The notes: generated by a model not told the origin, from the letters alone. Positions 50,508 to 62,015 are shown, counted from the first letter of the stretch. The stretch is DNA of 64,000 nt from Catajapyx aquilonaris (GCA_000934665.2 KZ538110.1:1-64000), one strand, 5' to 3'. Made by a program: numbers and translations.

Positions 50508-50892
50508 TAGACACTGCGACTCTGCGTGTCATATTATAAATAATTTACAGATGCGATAGCTTAATTGGTGCAACTCAGATTACCATATTTCGACATTTGT
50601 TAGAAAAAATTATTCAATTTCGTGAATAGCCAGATTTATGAAGAAAAAAAAGCAGTAGAGTAGATATACGGTATATGATCACGCCACATGCTCATGGTGG
50701 GGTCTGCCCATCCTTGGTCAAAGACGGAAGAAAAAAAAATCGTCACAGTGATGGACACAATTCACTTCAAGGCTTGCTGACAGGAGGACTTATACGCACC
50801 TATCAGTGAGTCAGTGTTCATCTACATTGCTGATGGGAGTAACATTGGCATACATCATCAACAATAACGAAATATTAGCTGGCTGTATAGTA

Positions 50893-51120
50893 CAAGGTGA
50901 TTCTCTCGAATGGAAACCCAAACATTCCTCAATAACATTTTAACTATGGTATGGTTCCCGATGAAAATTGACATGTACTTATACCTTGTATCATGCCAAA
51001 CAAGGTCTGACTAAAGAATATACCAAAAGTGGTCCCCTCCAGCATCCAAGAATTTTTTAATGCGAGTCTGCATATTGCCGAAGACTCCTGCCGATTGCCG
51101 GCGGGGATGACTCAATCTCC
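50893..51120. mobile_element. Left arm of MITE family F
   Basis: Matches the 18986 copy but lacks its SINE insertion, so it shows the empty site. Confidence 0.85.
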
Positions 51121-51176
51121 GCATTTTTTTTTTTTTAGGCTTCAAACTTAAAGTGTGGGTAAACTAATATCAGCAA

Positions 51177-51475
51177 GGGGAGGCGAAGTGGCGCAACGGT
51201 CCCGGGTTCGATCCCAACCCGGGGACACCCCCTTCATCTCGTGCAGAGTAAAGTGTCGTCTCTGACTTCGTCTCGGGTGGAATTTCCACAGACTAATCCA
51301 CCCGGGGGAGCTCACAAAAACGACCACATGCGGACAAGGCACTGCACCTGCACATCCCCTCCTGTCATCCCTTCCAGCCCGTGGGCCCGGGCGCTGTATA
51401 TAAATAGGATCCAATATTGTATTCTGACGATTAATAAAGGTCCGGCAAGACCCCAATAGGACTACGCCTATACCC

Positions 51476-51539
<64 letters not shown>
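51177..51539 (+). mobile_element. tRNA-derived SINE, family 3
   Basis: GGTTCGATCCC B box; long (ATT)n tail; 15-bp TSD aactaatatcagcaa. Confidence 0.92.
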
Positions 51540-51543
<4 letters not shown>

Positions 51544-52941
51544 AATATCAGCAACAAATACTTTTGATAACCATTAACTCTGCAAAAACTGCTAAAACAG
51601 GCTGTTTTGTGCCAAAGTAGCCATATAAACCAGACATGTATTTTTGGATCACCATGCATATGGGATAAAGAAAATGAGATTCAATGAAAGGCTCAGATGA
51701 TCTACGAGATGATCTAGCGTACGTACTTAAAACATTAAAACTGTTCAAATTGGGGACGAAGAGGCTGCCTCTACATTTTTCCTATCATCAGTGAGCTGCA
51801 CACTTTTCTCGATTATCTCGAAAGAGTCAAAAGTGGAGTTGTTAAATATTCATTTTCATTTTTTTTTAAATGGTTTGGCTGTCCACCCCCATCTGTTCCT
51901 TACATTATTCATTGATGTGCAGTGTGTTAGATGAATCCTTATTTCTCAAATATTAGACCCTACAGGTTGGTACCCTGACAGGCGGTGCGTTTTCGTCAAA
52001 CAAATCAAATCAGCCCCTGTCTCTCACATGGTGCAGCCTACGCCTGAACTCGTGACAGTAGGTCCTAATAACCCGTATAGCAAACTGACCGCTAAATTGC
52101 CTGTCTTCCCTAGGGGTCCAGCTGGGTGAAACCTCTTAGTGCGCCACACACCTTTACATTGTTTTTGTCGGTAGCATTCCTTGGGGATGCCGTGTAAAGA
52201 CGCCTAAGCAGTTGATGCGCTTAGTGGGCAGCCAAGCGAACAACGAATCAAGATACTGCACCCACCCTTTTTAGAAAGACCACCCCCACCATGCCCCTAG
52301 GGTACACACCTCTTTCGGCTCAAAATTCTGAAAAGCAAGAGGGACCAGACCTGTCACCTGCATGAAAAGGCTTCAGGTCGGGTTCTATTTTCGAAACGAG
52401 GGTACGTGAGAGTCCAGAAGAAAGTTGTCAGCAGGGACAGAAACACCGCTACCTTGCCAGATGCAGCAAGCACCGCAAAACCGATCACTTTTCCTTTCCG
52501 AAAATCTCCAGAAATATTGAGAGTTGTTTACCTGCAGGACAGGTAAAAGCCCTCGGGTCTTATCGTGTGTAACACAGTGAGTGACCACCCCCCCCCCNCC
52601 CCCCCGCCTCTAGAACCGCCTCCATAAAGCTTCCTACAACACCAAACACCACTATCCTTCATCGGTGAGGAGGGCGGGGGGACTCCCAACTCCCCTCTAC
52701 CCCTCCAATATTCTGGAGTCGTCGGCCAGACAGTCAGTTCGTCAGCGTACCAGTCAGACGGACAAGCACCTGGGAGCTCTGTCTTGTCCCGATGAACAAC
52801 CCTCCTTCAAGGTCAGCCTCCTTATCGTGGAACTCAATGTGTTCTTACGCTAGATACCTCGGAGCTCACTGCAAGTAATAAGTGGTTGATGAGAAACAGT
52901 GGACAGTGTGACACACCGTGTTTGTCTGCTGTTGGAGCAAG

Positions 52942-53034
52942 ATGCAGTGCTGGTGGACCATCGTCTTCGGATGCTGGTGCTGGATAATAGTGGCTGACTC
53001 GGACTCCACTGCTGTCATACCCATTTCCGCGCCG
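52942..53034 (+). CDS. fog: Fog-like gene coding exon 1, signal peptide (MQCWWTIVFGCWCWIIVADSDSTAVIPISAP)
   Basis: ATG followed by a hydrophobic stretch; CCG|GTAAGT donor in phase 0 matches the phase-0 acceptor at 54848. Confidence 0.7.
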
Positions 53035-53644
53035 GTAAGTTATGAACATCATGGCCATACAGATATGTTTGTTTTGTTGATAGACGCCTGAAAGCCTTGC
53101 CTTGCATCTTGGGATTAGTGGGCTTATATTCTCCGGATAGCCTGCAGGTTATAACGCAACCTAGCCAATAGAAAGTAAAGCGCATTTGCCGCGTGTGGCG
53201 AGAAGGAAATTGACTTCATGTGGCATTGTCCATAAAGTACGTCACGCTTGTAATGGTTGATGCTGAGCTGGCGTGACAGACAGTGCTATATACCAAAGGC
53301 TAAGGTGGCACTAGAATATGCCCTGTTCATGCAACCTTTTAACCAGCCGTTAAGAGCTAACGGCAGTTTGGTAAAATGTCAACAAACTAACTTAAACTAC
53401 AGCAGTTACCTCCTATAACTACCGGTATATACCGGTATACATTTTAGAGTAGGTTATAGCCAGAGTGACTGCCAGATGTGGTTAGGAGGAAGAGAAAAAA
53501 AGCCGTATATCAAAGCCGTGACATACCGATACAGTATACTTTTGGGGAACCCAACACGGTTCACCATTTTTCGTTATTTATTTTGCGACTAGAGTTCTTT
53601 AAATAAACAATTAAAACACAACCTGTCTAAACAATATTTTCATA

Positions 53645-54233
53645 CGAGGGCCTTAATTCAATAAGAGTGCTCATGATTTTTTGTACTATCATGAATTCAT
53701 GATGTTGATATAATTATCCAAGTAGACTACTGCTGTCGAAGGTGGACGTGTAATGTGTATATGCTTATGAGCATCAGTCTGATAAGCACCATGTGGGTGT
53801 CTCAGCACAATCGCCCCCTCCTCCCTGAAATCACCTATTGAGTTATGGCTTTGGCACGTGAAAAGCACAAAGCGCGGAAATTCTGCTTTCGCAGTGTAAC
53901 TTTGATTGTCAAATCCGATTTGTCGCAAATATCTGTAGGTGGTGTTCACAGAATAATATGACCACCTGCACATGAGGCGTGTATCAGCTGCCGGAACGCC
54001 CTGCTTGCAGGTGGATTAGCGAGGCCTTCCTTGAACGTCGTAAACTAACGACTGCCGTACTGTAAGGTAGCGCATCTTCGGTTGAGAATCCTTTATCCTA
54101 AATTCCAATATCCTAAAACCTCCAACATCCAAAACATTCCGGATAAACGATTCTCAACAAGTATCACCAGGTCAAGATAGTACTTTTTATACTTTCTCAT
54201 AAATCACGATCATTCTTCATTGAAAGGCCCTCG
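53645..54233. mobile_element. mariner-like MITE in the fog-like intron
   Basis: TA|CGAGGGCCTT ... AAGGCCCTCG|TA. Confidence 0.82.
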
Positions 54234-54847
54234 TATTAATGGTGATCGGCAGTGGTAGGCTAGCTTTTTGTTGCTCTTTGAACATGTGTGCTATAGTATT
54301 CACTTCAGCATTTACATCATTTCGTGATCAACTGCCAGCAAATTTTTATGGTACGAGATGGTCGTCAATATTTTTTAGCCCGAGGGTTTAGAACTATTAG
54401 TGCGTAACATGACAAGGGGACGGTGCTGGAGGCCGGGGAATCAGTATACGGAAGGCCTAAACAACCATATCAGTTCATATCGTTGTTTGTTGAAAATTTG
54501 TTGAAAATGTAGGCCTAACATGGTGACATATTGGTAATTGCTTCCGCTTCAATAGCGCACGTAACATATCATCTCGCTAGTCATTTGTCGTTTCTTATGG
54601 GTGGGTAGGGATTTTTCACCAGGAAGAGGATAGGTCTGAATAGGATTTTAACGATGTAGAGTGCAATTAAGGCTTCTTGGCTAACATCCTCTGGATTTAA
54701 GTTACCAGTAACAAACAGTACAGTTCATTTAAATTGCAAAATGTTATTTTCCCCATTTTCATGACGGGCAGTAAAGAAGGGGTTACATTTCGAAAACCGA
54801 AAAACTTGCCATCTTACAAAATAATATAACTTAACACCATCTTACAG

Positions 54848-55981
54848 GTCACAACCGAAGATAGCATCGAATTGCCTCAATTATTGAGCCTGATAACCAA
54901 TGGCGTGGCCATGCTGTACAGCCAGGAGGAGAGAAAGGAGAGCGGCGTGCAGCGGTACGTGTCCGCCAGTGCAACATACTGGTATCCACGTGCAACTGGA
55001 AGCGAAAGGTACGAGTACAAAGCCGAGTACCCCAGGAAAAATGACCTGGCACCAAGAGGAAGGAAAGGTCGTGACAGCAGTAGCAGCGACTTCACAGACG
55101 TGATGATGCCACCAAGACAATCTCGCATAACACCGAAGGCCATCTTCATCGCTCCGAGGCTGCGTCTTTGCCCCGTGGGAGAAAAACAGGATCATGGTGG
55201 CACGTGTCGCAAGGACAGCGTCTCATCGCGTGATTTCCAAAACCAACTTATATTGGAAAAGCTGCAAAAGTTTCTGCAGAGAAGCCAGATTATCCAGGCG
55301 GAGCTGACAGGTGGCTTCGATACCACGACGCTCCAGACGACAACAGGGGACTTTTCGACCCCGGATGATTTGGCAGTGACTCAGAGGTCCCTGGGCGGGG
55401 AAGGGACCGGTGAGTCAGCAGCTCGTCTTGGATCAGAACTAGAAGATAATCTGCCCTTGTCAACTACAACAGAAGCCACTACTTATGCGCCGACAACTGC
55501 TACAGGGGGAGTAGTGTATGACACATCCACAACTGCTGCGGAGGTTGTTACCATACCAGTTGGCGAGGTACCGTCGACGACAGTGCGTGATGTGCCTTCG
55601 ACGGTTGTTACTGAGGTGCCTGCGTCTAACCAAGAAGTAGTGTCGGATGATCAAGAACAAGTGCCAGTGTACCAAGTGACGTTTGATGACCACCAACAGC
55701 CTACAGTGTTGCCACCAGGTCCTTTTACGCCCTGGCCAAATTTCCTTAATTACAACATTGACCGTTTTTATGGAAATCGCTTGCCGTTCCCAAACTGGAG
55801 GTTTCCACGACCCCGACGACCTTTGCCGCCCCACCTGTTGCCTCCAGGACACCCTCGCTTTTCACACGAATTTTGGGACTGGTGGCTAAGGGCTACGTTG
55901 AAGTTCGGAGTCAGCACCTCGTATTATATGAGCATGGGTGTTAAATCTAATTTCCCAAACGATTTTTTCCCTGGAGACTAA
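54848..55981 (+). CDS. fog: Fog-like secreted protein, coding exon 2 (FOG_N-like two-Cys motif, Thr/Ser-rich stalk, W/P-rich tail)
   Basis: cttacag acceptor; 1134-nt open frame; RITPKAIFIAPRLRLCPVGEKQDHGGTCRK resembles the Fog N-terminal motif as I recall it. The CDS is well supported; the orthology is inferred. Confidence 0.75.
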   Translation, partial: VTTEDSIELPQLLSLITNGVAMLYSQEERKESGVQRYVSASATYWYPRATGSERYEYKAEYPRKNDLAPRGRKGRDSSSSDFTDVMMPPRQSRITPKAIFIAPRLRLCPVGEKQDHGGTCRKDSVSSRDFQNQLILEKLQKFLQRSQIIQAELTGGFDTTTLQTTTGDFSTPDDLAVTQRSLGGEGTGESAARLGSELEDNLPLSTTTEATTYAPTTATGGVVYDTSTTAAEVVTIPVGEVPSTTVRDVPSTVVTEVPASNQEVVSDDQEQVPVYQVTFDDHQQPTVLPPGPFTPWPNFLNYNIDRFYGNRLPFPNWRFPRPRRPLPPHLLPPGHPRFSHEFWDWWLRATLKFGVSTSYYMSMGVKSNFPNDFFPGD

Positions 55982-56076
55982 CATGTCACACTTATTCCGG
56001 AGGAGAAAATAGTTTGAGAGCGTAAAATCTTTGTTGATAAAATGTACATAAAATACGACTTATCCCAGTGAAATTA

Positions 56077-56216
56077 CTATTGGGTTCAAATACTTTTGGC
56101 CACTTTATCCTGGTCTTGAAGAAACCCTTAACACACACACCTCGTTATCGTGGGGTCTGTGCGAACGGTTGCTTCAAGACCAGGATAAAGTGGCCAAAAG
56201 TATTCGAACCCGATAG
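56077..56216. mobile_element. 140-bp Tc1/mariner-like hairpin MITE
   Basis: TA|CTATTGGGTTCAAATACTTTTGGCCACTTTATCCTGGTCTTGAAG ... inverse|TA. Confidence 0.88.
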
Positions 56217-57099
56217 TACATGTGAATTATTTGCATTGTTGTACTGTATGTTATAGAATTTTGTGAGAAACTTGTCTCTCTTGCTAGGAAAGTATGTGTA
56301 GCTTTTTGTATATGGCATCGTTCTGGAGCTGTAAATAAAACTATAGCTGATGTTTGTAGATCGATCATTTTATTTCATTTTCTTTCGCCAGCTTGCACAA
56401 CAGGATTTACAGCAATAATTGTACATTATTCCTGAGCTCTACTGGAATTTACACTAATTAGGGTAATCGTTTACCGCACAATGAACAGGTATGGCTATTT
56501 TTATTCCTTGACCTATTCCAAGAACAAAATACGCGACGTAATTTTTGGCTGAGAGTCGTTTTTATGCCGCGGTATACGGAAGCATGTTACTTGTATTATG
56601 ATAGGTGTATTAGACCAAAAAGATCACATTAACTATATTGATCGGTATCCCAGATACAGGTAGCACAAGTTTGTGACATCTTCAAAAAACGTTTTATCCC
56701 CGTCTTAAAGGGAAAGCAAAAGTATATTATAATGCCTCTCATTAGCCTATCCGGAAGAGTAAGCACAAATATTATGAAAAGGGGTGCTGAAAGTTTTGAA
56801 TTTCAAGTCTCTCATGGAAATTACTTGTGTAGCCTGCAATGATTGATGAATGAAGGAAGGTTTTCACCAATAAGTAGTTTTCATGTAATTATAGAAAATC
56901 GTTTAATCAAGAACAAATACTGACAGAAAACTCACTAATAACTCACATTACTGCATTTCCAGCCCAAAGAAGAAGGGCACGAAATGCATAACGGAAAATA
57001 TTGCCCAATGAATTGCTTTTGATGGTCTGGAAATCATTCTAACAACACTTTAAAGCAATATTCTGACACTGCTGTGGACATATCTCTATACGTAACTTG

Positions 57100-57429
57100 G
57101 GAGACGGAGTGGCGCTGCGGTAACGTATGCGCCCACGGATGTTAAGGTCCCGGGTTCGATCCCAGCCCGGGGACACCCCCTTCATCTCGTGCAGAGTTCG
57201 GGGGTCATTTCTGGCTTCGTCTCGGGTGGTATTTCCAATAGACTAAACCACCCGGGGGAGTTCACAAAATGACCACAGCTACGACATTGCACTGCACCTT
57301 GCACATCCCCTCCTGTCATCCTGCCCGTGGGCCCGGGCTTTCATTAAATAGGCACCATGTACTTAACAACTTAAAATACAATAAAGGTCCATGCTATATA
57401 CCCCGGAAGGGGTGAAAGCATTACCCACA

Positions 57430-57493
<64 letters not shown>

Positions 57494-57510
57494 GTTATTA
57501 TTATTATTAT
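57100..57510 (+). mobile_element. tRNA-derived SINE, family 3
   Basis: Full A/B-box head; body shared with the 51177 copy; (ATT)n tail; imperfect TSD tatctctata(cg)taacttg. Confidence 0.9.
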
Positions 57511-58759
57511 TATCTCTATATAACTTGACGATATCCCCCGAATTTTGCGGCACAATTTACAAAAATAAATTATGTTACAATTTCTTTAACAATAATTCGA
57601 AGAGCATGTTCATTTTCCTATCACATTATTTGATCAATAATGCCTCGAGACTTCTACATAATTACATCACATCGCAATAATAATCTAGAAGTAGATATGC
57701 ATTTAATCGACTAGCCAGCATCATTTAAGTCATAGTTAATAGCAATAAGAATCCTAATTATAATGCTCGCGCCGGAATTCAGCGTCGTCAAAATGTCTAT
57801 AGTAGTTCAGTAGGTCGCGAACAATCGATGTGCGAGGGCTTTATTATTGATTACACTAGCGCAAGCGCTTACCTGGCCCTCTACAACAGCCAAGAGTGCT
57901 GTAGTCCTCAAGGGCAGTCTAGGATTGCACTGAGCTCCAAGTTAGACTCAAAAGAATGATCCACAATGTGGTCGGAGAGGAAGGTCGCCAAAATGTGACA
58001 CTGAAATTCAGCTTGGAGATATGTTAGAATAGACTGAGTGCTCGGCTAGGAGGGCATCATTATAGGTAAGACACCACACTCTGCATATGTTTTAAAAATA
58101 GGCCTATGTATACTGTTGAGATTCAACTGGATCCTTTTCGCACCATCGAGAAGCTTGTTTATGGTGTGTGCTATATTGTGCAATATTGTGACAAGTTCGT
58201 ATGGTAAGAGACCCTATAGCATTTGGTGGGATTCCCTTTGTGGCATTAAGTTAGAGGCACTACTCGAGAAGGTTTTGTTGTTGTTGTTGTTGTTGTTGAT
58301 AAAATCAACCTAAACCAAAACAGGGAACTGCTAATCTCATAAGGTCACTCTCAACATGCTAAGGTTCCCAAAGTAACGCATATTATCATTAGTTAATGCA
58401 ATCATTTACGTAACGGTGTACGTGATGTAAAATACAAACACGGTGTGCGTTGGGTCACTTTAAAAACAAAATTAGAATGACCTTTTAATGTAACGAAACA
58501 CGGCGGAAAAGCCTTATTCTGTTTTATACGATAACCTTTGCCTTTGCGTTGTGCAGCTCTGGGTAAAGTTCTTATTGAAAGTTCTGAAGCAGCATTATTA
58601 TGAATGATAAAACGTTATTCATATTCTGATGCGCTGTGGTAAATGCCATCCCATTTATGTTGATGTGCATTTAAAAATTGTTATACTGCAACCCTATCTG
58701 CTTGTTCTCATTTCTGACAATTTGCCTTTTCCGACCTTCGATTCGAACTAACAATGTCC

Positions 58760-58760
<1 letters not shown>

Positions 58761-58828
<68 letters not shown>
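58761..58828. repeat. (ATT)n microsatellite
   Basis: Direct reading. Confidence 0.95.
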
Positions 58829-59071
58829 GGCTTTTATATCTTCGCATTTTAATAAGCAACCTTGAAAATTCAACATCCTGCTAAATTGCAGCAATTCCTA
58901 GCATGTCCAAGCAAGCAGGTGGCAGGTCGTAAAAATATGTCCCATGTCGCACGCAGACATGTCTATGGATATATTGATCAACAAGGTGTGCGTCTAAGGC
59001 CTAGACATGGCGTGGAAACCATGCAAGTTTCTCTCAACTGTTTCCTTTCCTAAGGAAAAGCTGCTGCCACT

Positions 59072-59146
59072 ATGATTCTTGTGGATCGCTGCTGCATGTG
59101 CCTCAGTCTTCGGACTGGGGTCATCTTACTGGGCATTGTCGAATTG
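59072..59146 (+). CDS. Four-TM LAPTM/DUF4728-like protein exon 1 (MILVDRCCMCLSLRTGVILLGIVEL)
   Basis: ATG; CCxCxSLRTG motif typical of this family; TTG|GTGAGT donor. Confidence 0.88.
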
Positions 59147-59270
59147 GTGAGTATCTCATCCTTTTTCTTAGACATCTAGTTTTATTGGTCCTATAGTTTG
59201 GACAGGTTTATATTTTGCGTCCTCCAAATGAGGTGTATAAGGCTTTGACTTGTCTAATGCCTATTTACAG

Positions 59271-59472
59271 ACATGCTCAGTGTTCAGCTTGTTTCTGCTA
59301 GTCTTCAGCCTTTCATTCCTGAATGACCTGAATGACATGCTGATAGCCGACATGGAAAACAACCCATACTCGTACCCACCGCCAGATCGCAGCGACTCCA
59401 CCACTGCCGTGTCTTACGAGGAAACCAATCACAACTGGGAAATGAACATGCATGCCGCTAAGCGTATCAAAA
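59271..59472 (+). CDS. Four-TM protein exon 2 (end of TM1 and luminal loop)
   Basis: tttacag acceptor, A|GTAAGG donor, open frame. Confidence 0.85.
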
Positions 59473-59635
59473 GTAAGGCTAAGGTTGTCACCTTGTAGGC
59501 CTGTTTTAGTATCACTGCACTGTGCACAAATTTTTTATGTGCCATCGTTCTGTATTCCTCTTTCCCCCATTTCCCCTTTGATACTGCCAAAACTCTTTTG
59601 ACACATTAATTATTATAAGGGTAACTCAGACAAAT

Positions 59636-60180
59636 GTCAGCCAGTCAACGCAGTCAACTGTACGCAGACATGGTTACTAATAAGTTCTGGTAGAAATCTG
59701 TAAAAAAAATCGGGGCATGTCTTATCTACCAGTGTTCCCAATATTAGGTATTAATCATACAGTGGTAGCAGAGCCAGAGCCAGAAGATATTCTTATAGGG
59801 GTTCCCGCGCCGCAGACCTTATCGGGTCAAGGGCAGGTGATAAGCAGTGACATGGTAGAGTGGGAAGGCGACAGAAATATGATTGGAAAGCATGGTTTAT
59901 TCCAGTGTACTCACTAAGACTACTGAGACACCTGTCACACTGCTGGACCAAATGTCTGGTACCAGTGCCATAAAATTGCCACTGTTGCTGACGGAGAATT
60001 CCTCTGGCAACACCAGCAGCAGCAGAGGCCACACGACGTATCTTCAGGCTCTCCTTCTCCTATACCACTCTGATTAAAACCAAATTATGAACACTGATAG
60101 ATGAGACAAGTCCCGATTTTTCGCATATTTTTACCTGGACTTATTCGTAACCACGCCTGTCTACGACTGACTGGCTCACT
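59636..60180. mobile_element. Diverged DNA-transposon-like element with about 90-bp imperfect TIRs
   Basis: catggttactaataagttc..atcggggcatgtcttatcta is inverted relative to tagatgagacaagtcccgat..gacttattcgtaaccacg. Confidence 0.6.
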
Positions 60181-60277
60181 TTCACCACCTAAGGAACCTT
60201 GTACTGTACTACAAGTACCGGTACGTGTTCCTAATGATGTCATCCACAAATACTAATAATGGGTCCTCTTGTTTCAG

Positions 60278-60363
60278 TGGATCAGCACATACTTTATACC
60301 TGTGTCTTCTTTGTAACCATTCAAGCAGTTGGCTGTGCCATGCTACTTTATGGCGCGATTAAG
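60278..60363 (+). CDS. Four-TM protein exon 3 (TM2, ...AMLLYGAIK)
   Basis: tttcag acceptor, AAG|GTAAG donor; LLYGAxK motif. Confidence 0.88.
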
Positions 60364-60572
60364 GTAAGCCAACTTCACTGCAGGCTTTATGAGAAGTGCT
60401 GCTTGTTGCCAGGGCCAGTACCAGTATACACTAGATTATATTATAATATGCAGAAGTTCATTGGTCTTTAAGTTAGGCTTGCCCAAAGGGGTTCACGAAA
60501 ATATTTAGGACAATGCCTGAGTTAAGTGGGATAATTACGTATTATCACACTGCTAATTTCAAGTCCATTATA

Positions 60573-61344
60573 CGAGGTGCTACCCCAAAATTTCATAAAA
60601 TTTGCTCATAAAAACATTAATATTTACATTAAGTCCAGGGGGAAGAAACTCCATATAATTATGCACAATTCCTCAAATGTCAAAGAAAATGATCTGCATT
60701 GAGCTGATTTTGCTGCAAACTGGGTCCGCCATATTTGAAGCTCTTGAACAACTCTTACGTTATTGTTTGTCTTACAGCTTGTTCATCAAAGCCTTATTCA
60801 GCATTCGGTGGGTTGCAGACGAAGTTTTGTTGAGCTTGAAGCAACATTTGATGCAAATCCTTTGCTCCCTAACATCAGCAATTTCGAAAAATCGCAGAAA
60901 CATAAAAAAGCTGTGTAAAGAAAACTGTCGAAACTCGGAAACATGCGCACCTACAGTATGAAGATGCTATATTTCAGACCGTTTCAGACTAATTGCTGAA
61001 GGGTGCACCTAGCACCCCCTATAGAGCAGTGCTTCCCAATTTATTTCGTTGGCGACCCCAAAAAAGGTCTGGTGAAATTTGCGACCATTATATGTGCACA
61101 TTTCGATCCGCCAACATGAAAAGACATGATTGTAAACAGTGAAATGACCTTACCTTATGGTCATGATTTTCAAGAAAGATAGCATCATTTTGTGAAAATA
61201 ATTTGTTACCCTCCCTCGCGACCCAAATATTATTTTCGCGACCCCAAATGGAATTTGGGAAGCACTGCCCCAGAGTCACAAGTTCGTACCTCTACTGGTT
61301 TTCACGGTATATCCAAATTCTCGGAAATTTTGGGTAGCACCTCG
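60573..61344. mobile_element. mariner-like MITE with nested hAT MITE (61027..61267)
   Basis: TA|CGAGGTGCTACCC ... GGGTAGCACCTCG; inner CAGTGCTTCCCAA ... TTGGGAAGCACTG. Confidence 0.8.
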
Positions 61345-61676
61345 AATAGTCTTCTGCCAGAAAAGTAGAAAATTAGGAAAATCGGCATGTATATATTTAG
61401 ACTGCCGTGCTGACTATATAATATTACTATTGAAATTGTGTCAGTCAAGTTCCGCCAAAGTAGGCCTACTTGTTGAGAGCAACAGCAAGGCTACAACAAA
61501 GGGCTGCATATGTTCTAAATTCAACAATATCAACTTCTGTTTGCACAATCATGGGCTTTACCTGTTCATTTCTCCCTGAGAAACTTTGCCAAAAGCTATA
61601 GAAACAAGTGCTAAGGTGGTGTTTGGAATAGAAAACTCTTGTATAACTGGTATAACTCCAAATCGTTCAATTCCAG

Positions 61677-61812
61677 CGTCACAGCCAATTCCTTAAGCCG
61701 TGGTTAGCAATGGTGTCTGTGGGCCTAGTCTGCAATGTGATAGCATTTATGATCTACATGTTCATCTATGGCTTCTATCCTCCCATCTTCATCACTGGTG
61801 CATCTGAATTAG
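61677..61812 (+). CDS. Four-TM protein exon 4 (RHSQFLKPWL..., TM3)
   Basis: ttccag acceptor, G|GTAAG donor; FLxPW motif. Confidence 0.88.
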
Positions 61813-61872
61813 GTAAGGCTAGCCAAGTACTGTACAATTATGGACACTACTCTGAAACTCCTCTTGTTGCAG

Positions 61873-62015
61873 TTCTCATGGTGTACCTCTGGCTGTGTGT
61901 CTTCAGCTACTACCACCAACTGACCGAAGATGAGCAGCAAAGGATGCTGTGTCACTTGAGCAGTACAGGGATGTGGAAAGGGAAATACCGACGCGGCTTG
62001 CCCTACCGAGTGTAA
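61873..62015 (+). CDS. Four-TM protein last exon (TM4, YLWLCVFSYYHQL...LPYRV*)
   Basis: ttgcag acceptor; YxWLCVxSYY motif; TAA stop; total 642 nt = 213 aa. Confidence 0.88.

Noticed and set aside
54872..54913. TTG (54872) or ATG (54911) as start of a single-exon gene
   Set aside because: The frame is open back to an acceptor at 54848 and an in-phase signal-peptide exon lies upstream
57100..57172. SINE heads (also at 7958, 18614, 19425, 29145, 51177) as functional tRNA genes
   Set aside because: Each continues into a shared SINE body with tail and TSD
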